DNA from: Candidatus Latescibacterota bacterium
Lineage (GTDB): Bacteria; Latescibacterota; UBA2968
Length of the DNA stretch: 17,399 nt
Assembly: GCA_038279365.1 (NCBI GenBank)
Contig: JAYODI010000104.1
Location: 1-17,399 of the forward strand
Reading direction: 5' to 3'
Both the position numbers and the translations under genes were made by a program. This document shows positions 7,834 through 12,923 of the stretch, one piece after another. The notes below the pieces were generated by a model. That model saw only the letters and a program-made list of their open reading frames with translations, was not told where the DNA came from and made no database searches. Each line of letters opens with the position of its first letter. Position 1 is the first letter of the stretch.

Positions 7834-8485
7834 GTTGATTTTTGTCGAAGGGATTATGGGGGCGGGCAAATCGACGACGGCGAAATTTGTGGCAGAAGAA
7901 TTGGAACGTAGCGGAACGCCGGTGCGGTTGGTTGGTGAGAATGCCAAGCCTCATCCAGTGCAGATGGCAGACCCTGAAGAATTTGAGTCGATTGATGCGT
8001 GGATGACTGAGCGGTTGGGAAAGTGGGAGGTGTTGGTCGATTCCATTTTGGAATCAGGCGAGATATTTGTGCTGGACGGGCAGTTGTTTCACGAGAGTGT
8101 GGATTCGCTGTTTTATTTTGATGTGGCGGAACGTGATATTGTTGATTTCATGACGCGGACAATGGCGGTGCTTGAGAAGGTGAAACCTGCGTTGATTTAT
8201 TTTTATCAGGCAGATGTGCGCGCGTCTTTGCGAAGGACATGTGATGCGCGGTCTGAATGGTGGACAAATTGGCAGATTGATTGGAAAGTGCACAATCGGC
8301 CTTATGGACAGGCGCGTGGGTTAAAGGACTTTGATGGCTACGTTCAATTGTATTCGGATTATCGTGGGGTGACGGATCGGTTGTTTGAAAATTTGGAGAT
8401 TACAAAGTTGAGAATTGAGAATGGTGCGGGAGATTGGGAGATATATAAACGTGATATTTTAATATTTATTTGTGAAATATGTTGA
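7826..8485 (+). CDS. P-loop NTPase, thymidylate/nucleoside-kinase-like, substrate unknown
   Basis: N-terminal KLIFVEGIMGAGKSTT (Walker A), FVLDG (Walker B-like), LIYFYQ. ATG 7826 overlaps the hydrolase stop by 8 nt. Confidence 0.7.
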   Translation: MCKLIFVEGIMGAGKSTTAKFVAEELERSGTPVRLVGENAKPHPVQMADPEEFESIDAWMTERLGKWEVLVDSILESGEIFVLDGQLFHESVDSLFYFDVAERDIVDFMTRTMAVLEKVKPALIYFYQADVRASLRRTCDARSEWWTNWQIDWKVHNRPYGQARGLKDFDGYVQLYSDYRGVTDRLFENLEITKLRIENGAGDWEIYKRDILIFICEIC

Positions 8486-8549
8486 AATAATAGATGTTTG
8501 AGAGATTAATTGAAAATGTTTTTTGTAAGCATTGGGTGATTTGTATAAC

Positions 8550-9338
8550 TTACCATGCGGTCCATCCGCCATCAATGGTCATGTTTTGCCCTGTCATATA
8601 ACTGCTGGCATCACTGGCTAAAAACACAACTGCACCTTTTAATTCCTCAGGCAAACCCATGCGGCCCATAGGGCTTTTTTGGCACAATCGGGAAACCATT
8701 GTCTCTGAAGCTTTTGCCATATTGGGAAAAGGGCCGGGGCTTAGGCAATTTACGCGCACACCATCTTTGGCCCAGTAGACTGCCAAATGGCGTGTTAAAT
8801 GAATGATGCCTCCTTTTAAGGCATGATAAGCTGCTGGGCTTGCCACACTTACATCTTCATAGGCATCGGGATAAGACGCCACTTGGCCATACATGGAGCC
8901 CAACATGACAATGCTGGCCGAATGATCACTTTTCACCGCTTGGTTGCGCACACATCTTGCCAACTCAAAATAACCCGAGGCATTGCCCAACTGCCGAGAA
9001 AATTGCTCGTGTGTCACATCTGTCCAATCGTGTGTAATGGGATCTTGACCATTGTTGATTAACACGTCGATATGACCCGAAACAGTTAGTGCGTCTTCAA
9101 ACCCTATCCGCAACTTTTCAGAATCCATATGATCCAGTGCCACACCTTGATGTCCTTCACCGGGTAATTTTTTTGCGGTCTCTTGTGCCCGTGCCAAATC
9201 ACGGCTGCCAATGATGACTTGTGCACCGACTTCGGCCAATGCACAGGCCATTGCACGACCTAAGTATCCCGAACCACCTGTAATGAGGGCCGTTTTGCCT
9301 GTTAAATCAAAAAGTTCTTGTATCGTACGTTCTGCCAT
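8550..9338 (-). CDS. SDR family NAD(P)-dependent oxidoreductase
   Basis: ITGGSGYLG, DVLINNG, GSMYG, YHALK (YxxxK), RVNCLSPG, PMGRMG, SYMTGQ...DGG. GAGGAG RBS before ATG 9338. Confidence 0.92.
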   Translation of the reverse strand: MAERTIQELFDLTGKTALITGGSGYLGRAMACALAEVGAQVIIGSRDLARAQETAKKLPGEGHQGVALDHMDSEKLRIGFEDALTVSGHIDVLINNGQDPITHDWTDVTHEQFSRQLGNASGYFELARCVRNQAVKSDHSASIVMLGSMYGQVASYPDAYEDVSVASPAAYHALKGGIIHLTRHLAVYWAKDGVRVNCLSPGPFPNMAKASETMVSRLCQKSPMGRMGLPEELKGAVVFLASDASSYMTGQNMTIDGGWTAW

Positions 9339-9348
9339 GACACGCTCC

Positions 9349-10344
9349 TCAAATAGCAATCAAGTGGTTTTTGTCATCCATACATTTTAAACAGGCCAAA
9401 TTAACACGTAAAGTTTGGATGCCTTCTTCCAACGTGCATAATGCTGTCTCTTCGCCTTCTATGGCATTTAAAAACCCGTGTGCTTGATCTATAAAACCCA
9501 CATCGCGTTCTAAGGCATTTACCGATTCCCATTGCCACGGGGTATCGGGTTCAACCATCCATCCCCAGCGGTTATGATGTCGTTCAAACTTAAGGGTGCC
9601 TTCTGTACAAACCACCGTGATACTCATTTCATTGGGTGCTTGATATTGGTTGAGTGCATATGTGCCCATGACTTCTTTTTGTCGCGTTAAGACATGAACG
9701 GTGTCTTCCACGGTCACTTTGGGTAACACCTGATGCTGGGCATCGGCAACCAATGATTGAATGGGGCCTACCAACCACTCTCCTGCATTGAGCATATGTG
9801 TAATGGCATCCTGAATGGCTCCACCGCCCACTTGTCGGTTGGCATAATACACCTCGTGATAAGCTGGGCGATAGGTTGGAAAGCTTTGTCCTGAAAGACA
9901 TACAATTTGAACAGGTTTTCCAAAGTGCCCCTTATCCAGTGCTTTTTTCATGGCTTGCAACATCGGGTGCATCCGATGCACATAGCCAACCCTTGCGGTT
10001 AAGGATCGCTCAGATATCATTTTTTGCAAAATGTCTACACCTGCTAAAGATGTACTGACAGGTTTTTCGATTAACAAGTGTATGTCATTCTCTGCCAATT
10101 GTTTGGCCATTTCGACATGAAGATGCGCGGGTGTGGCAACAACTGCTGCGTCAAATGAGGCTTTCAATGCTTTATTAAAATCGGCATAGGTTTCTTGCAC
10201 ATGGTATTGTTTTGCAATGGTTTCACGTCGTTCTGTCATCGGTTCACAAATTGCTACATCTGCACGACCTGTTGCTTGAAAACAACGCAGGTGGCGTTCA
10301 CCAATTGAACCTGTTCCAACAATCAATACCCGAAATTTTTTCAT
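9349..10344 (-). CDS. Gfo/Idh/MocA family oxidoreductase
   Basis: VGTGSIG, VATPAHLH, IEKP, VGY..R, GGGAIQDAITH. GGAGGA RBS before ATG 10344; 10-nt gap to the SDR gene implies an operon. Confidence 0.92.
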   Translation of the reverse strand: MKKFRVLIVGTGSIGERHLRCFQATGRADVAICEPMTERRETIAKQYHVQETYADFNKALKASFDAAVVATPAHLHVEMAKQLAENDIHLLIEKPVSTSLAGVDILQKMISERSLTARVGYVHRMHPMLQAMKKALDKGHFGKPVQIVCLSGQSFPTYRPAYHEVYYANRQVGGGAIQDAITHMLNAGEWLVGPIQSLVADAQHQVLPKVTVEDTVHVLTRQKEVMGTYALNQYQAPNEMSITVVCTEGTLKFERHHNRWGWMVEPDTPWQWESVNALERDVGFIDQAHGFLNAIEGEETALCTLEEGIQTLRVNLACLKCMDDKNHLIAI

Positions 10345-10450
10345 AATTTCCTCCGTCAAGTGTTCTGTTAAAGGTAACACCTGACGCGATTTGAAACCAG
10401 TACATTTACAATGTTGGTTTTCTGGTCAAAAGATCCTATCATTAAGACAT

Positions 10451-11092
10451 ATGACTCAATTTATTCTCATCCGACACGGCGAAACCGAGTGGAATGCCAC
10501 AGGACGTATTCAAGGCCATCGACCTGTTTCGCTTAACACACGTGGCCAACAACAGGCCCAAGCGGTTGCCACGCGTCTGCAAGGTGAACTGTTTGACGCG
10601 CTTTATAGCAGCGATCTTAAACGCACGGTTCAAACGGCTGAGGCAATCGCCACGCTTACACACCACAGTATTTATACCGATGCGCGATTACGGGAGTGGG
10701 ATCTCGGTATTCTTGCAGGTTTGACGCGAACAGAAGCCGAAGCCCAATACCCTGATGCCTATGCAATTTATAACACCAGTCGCGTTGACGCTCCCATTCC
10801 CAGTGGCGAAAGTATTCGAAACCGCTACACCCGTGTTACCACGTGCCTTGAAGAACTCGCAAGTAAACACCCCAATCAAACCCTCGTGGTGATCACCCAT
10901 GGTGGGCCTTTGGGCGATTGTTATCGACGCGCCACTCATTTATCTTTTGACAAAGCGCTCACCGTAGAACTTTATAACGCAGGTCTTAATGTGATCACCA
11001 TTCAAGACACAACGTGGACGCTCGAATCTTGGGGTGATATTGATCACCTCAAAGACATTGGCAGTATGGGCGATTGGGAAGGCCGAAAATAA
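10451..11092 (+). CDS. Histidine phosphatase family protein (GpmB/CobC/PspA-like)
   Basis: LIRHGETEWN, YSSDLKR, LREWDLG, PSGES, ITHGG. Confidence 0.92.
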   Translation: MTQFILIRHGETEWNATGRIQGHRPVSLNTRGQQQAQAVATRLQGELFDALYSSDLKRTVQTAEAIATLTHHSIYTDARLREWDLGILAGLTRTEAEAQYPDAYAIYNTSRVDAPIPSGESIRNRYTRVTTCLEELASKHPNQTLVVITHGGPLGDCYRRATHLSFDKALTVELYNAGLNVITIQDTTWTLESWGDIDHLKDIGSMGDWEGRK

Positions 11093-11105
11093 ATAATTCA
11101 AATGG

Positions 11106-11135
11106 AACCACAGATGCACACAGATAAATATAGAT
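11106..11135 (+). repeat. Decamer tandem repeat (ACACAGAT core)
   Basis: AACCACAGAT GCACACAGAT AAATATAGAT, three 10-nt units just after the phosphatase stop. Confidence 0.55.
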
Positions 11136-11254
11136 ATGAAAATCTAAATGCAAGTCGGCGTCATATTGACCAAAGCCGAAAGATCTTATCTTCTTATACA
11201 AAAACCTTTTTTTATGACTCCACCAAACTCTATTGGGTTTGGTGGAAGAATCTC

Positions 11255-12784
11255 ATGTTCCTGCTTATCTTTTTTAACAGCATCTTACTTTCTGTAAGTC
11301 CCATCAAAGTCCAAGCACAACCACAACTCATAGAAAACGCCCAGACACCATGTGTTGCAGACTTTGAAGATTTTTTAACATTGGCTATTCCATTTCAACC
11401 TTTATATGATGGCATATTTTTTTATGTTTTTGATATCAATGACGATGGCGTGATCAATTTCCCCGACTTCATTGCATTTACACAAGCATTTAGTCAACAG
11501 ATCTGCCAACCGTTAGATTCTTTGGTCATCAATAAACAAATTTCTGTTCAACAAATATTTTCAAACCAAATCCCCAAAAACCAAACAGAAATAATTATAC
11601 CCGTTACAGATACATTGCGTTTTGCTCAAGATAATCCCAACTTTTCTCTCACAACACCCATTATCAACTTAGAAACTGGGCAACTTTCATCACACACCTA
11701 CACCTTAAATAGATTAGATACAGATATCACAGCAGGCACAAATATCCACCTCAATCTGAATGGCCTCATCGCAGACAGCACAACATTCTCTGTCAAACAT
11801 TGGACATTAGGTATAAAAGGTGCCTACAAATTTCCCCAAGGATCTGTCATCCTCTCTTCACCCTTCACCCCCGCCCAAGCAACCCTCAGCCTGCGCCCCT
11901 TTGCGCCCATCAATATCAACTTTTTCACACCCGGTGTTTATACAGAATCCAATGCAATGGTACCCGCAACGGGCGATACCCTCACTGAGACAACAGCTCG
12001 TGTCGCTCTTGAAACGTTCCTCGCCAAACGTATTACCAACGCAGACACCTTACAGCAAATGTTGTCTACTTTTGATGACGCCGTACTTATCGCCAAAATG
12101 CCCAGCCCCACACTGCGCGCGGGCCTTCTCTCTCTCAATGGCACACTTGCACAAAGCGCAATTGATGCGATCTTGCGTGGCCCTTTTGGCCCCCTCACTT
12201 TTGGCACTGTTACTTCTGGTGATTATGCCGATGTCAAAAGTGATCGTTCTGTCACCGTAGACCAACGCTATCAAAGTGAGGCATTTCCTCTTTTAGGTGC
12301 TGTCTTTACCCGAATGGCCTTACAAATCGATCAACAAACTGGTCGCAACGAAGAAATCACCATTGCCTCATTTCTCGCGCTTGTTGCGATGCAACAAACC
12401 CTCACCGACTCCACCATTGCCCAATCGGAGAGTGAACTTTCACGCCGTATGAATACCCAAATGCTCGCGCGCCTGAACTCTGGCCAAGCAAATTTTCCTA
12501 ACATCGGCATCTATCAAACGCCCAATGGCCAAGCCTTTCCCAATGGAAGCAATTTCACCGGTTACGCCGCCGTTTTTGCCCCACTTGAAGATATTACTAC
12601 CCCAGCAAATACGCTATTGACCACCTACCTCAAAAATCTATCTCCCGAAGGCACAGCCCTCCCTATTACGACAACCTTCAGCACTGAGGTGCTCACCTTT
12701 ATTGACCAACACCAAAGTGTTCTTTCTCCTGAAGACTTGATCCGTATTGCGCGCATCTTAAAATTGAAAATCACAGAACCATAA
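11255..12784 (+). CDS. Putative secreted protein with dockerin/EF-hand-like repeat and degenerate zincin-like C-terminal domain
   Basis: Signal-like MFLLIFFNSILLSVSPIKVQA-Q from ATG 11255 (frame is open from 11102); DINDDGVINFPDFIAFTQAF at about 11432-11491; beta-rich middle; helical C-terminal domain. Start uncertain. Confidence 0.7.
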   Translation: MFLLIFFNSILLSVSPIKVQAQPQLIENAQTPCVADFEDFLTLAIPFQPLYDGIFFYVFDINDDGVINFPDFIAFTQAFSQQICQPLDSLVINKQISVQQIFSNQIPKNQTEIIIPVTDTLRFAQDNPNFSLTTPIINLETGQLSSHTYTLNRLDTDITAGTNIHLNLNGLIADSTTFSVKHWTLGIKGAYKFPQGSVILSSPFTPAQATLSLRPFAPININFFTPGVYTESNAMVPATGDTLTETTARVALETFLAKRITNADTLQQMLSTFDDAVLIAKMPSPTLRAGLLSLNGTLAQSAIDAILRGPFGPLTFGTVTSGDYADVKSDRSVTVDQRYQSEAFPLLGAVFTRMALQIDQQTGRNEEITIASFLALVAMQQTLTDSTIAQSESELSRRMNTQMLARLNSGQANFPNIGIYQTPNGQAFPNGSNFTGYAAVFAPLEDITTPANTLLTTYLKNLSPEGTALPITTTFSTEVLTFIDQHQSVLSPEDLIRIARILKLKITEP

Positions 12785-12923
12785 ACAAGTAAATGGGTGA
12801 TTTTTGAAAGGCAAACATCAGGTCTTAAACAGCACCCAGCGTTCCGGTTCTGCACCTTTTGTACCCCAAGCAAAATGTTCTAATCTAAATACAAACCCAA
12901 TTTCAAATTTTTAAAAAACATCT

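Noticed and set aside
62-8293. Many long antisense or alternate-frame ORFs (e.g. 791-1642, 3376-3891, 5878-6492)
   Set aside because: They fully overlap genes with clear family motifs, and their His/Pro/Thr/Gln-rich composition mirrors the G/T skew; shadow ORFs.
9431-9460. AACGTGCATAATG resembling the XerC arm of a dif site near the skew switch
   Set aside because: No XerD arm (TTATGTTAAAT-like) follows, and it lies inside the Gfo/Idh/MocA coding sequence.
10394-10420. Imperfect inverted repeat AAACCA-GT-ACATT / AATGT-TGGTTT in the divergent promoter region
   Set aside because: It needs a 2-nt bulge, occurs once, and no regulator is encoded nearby; too weak to call an operator.
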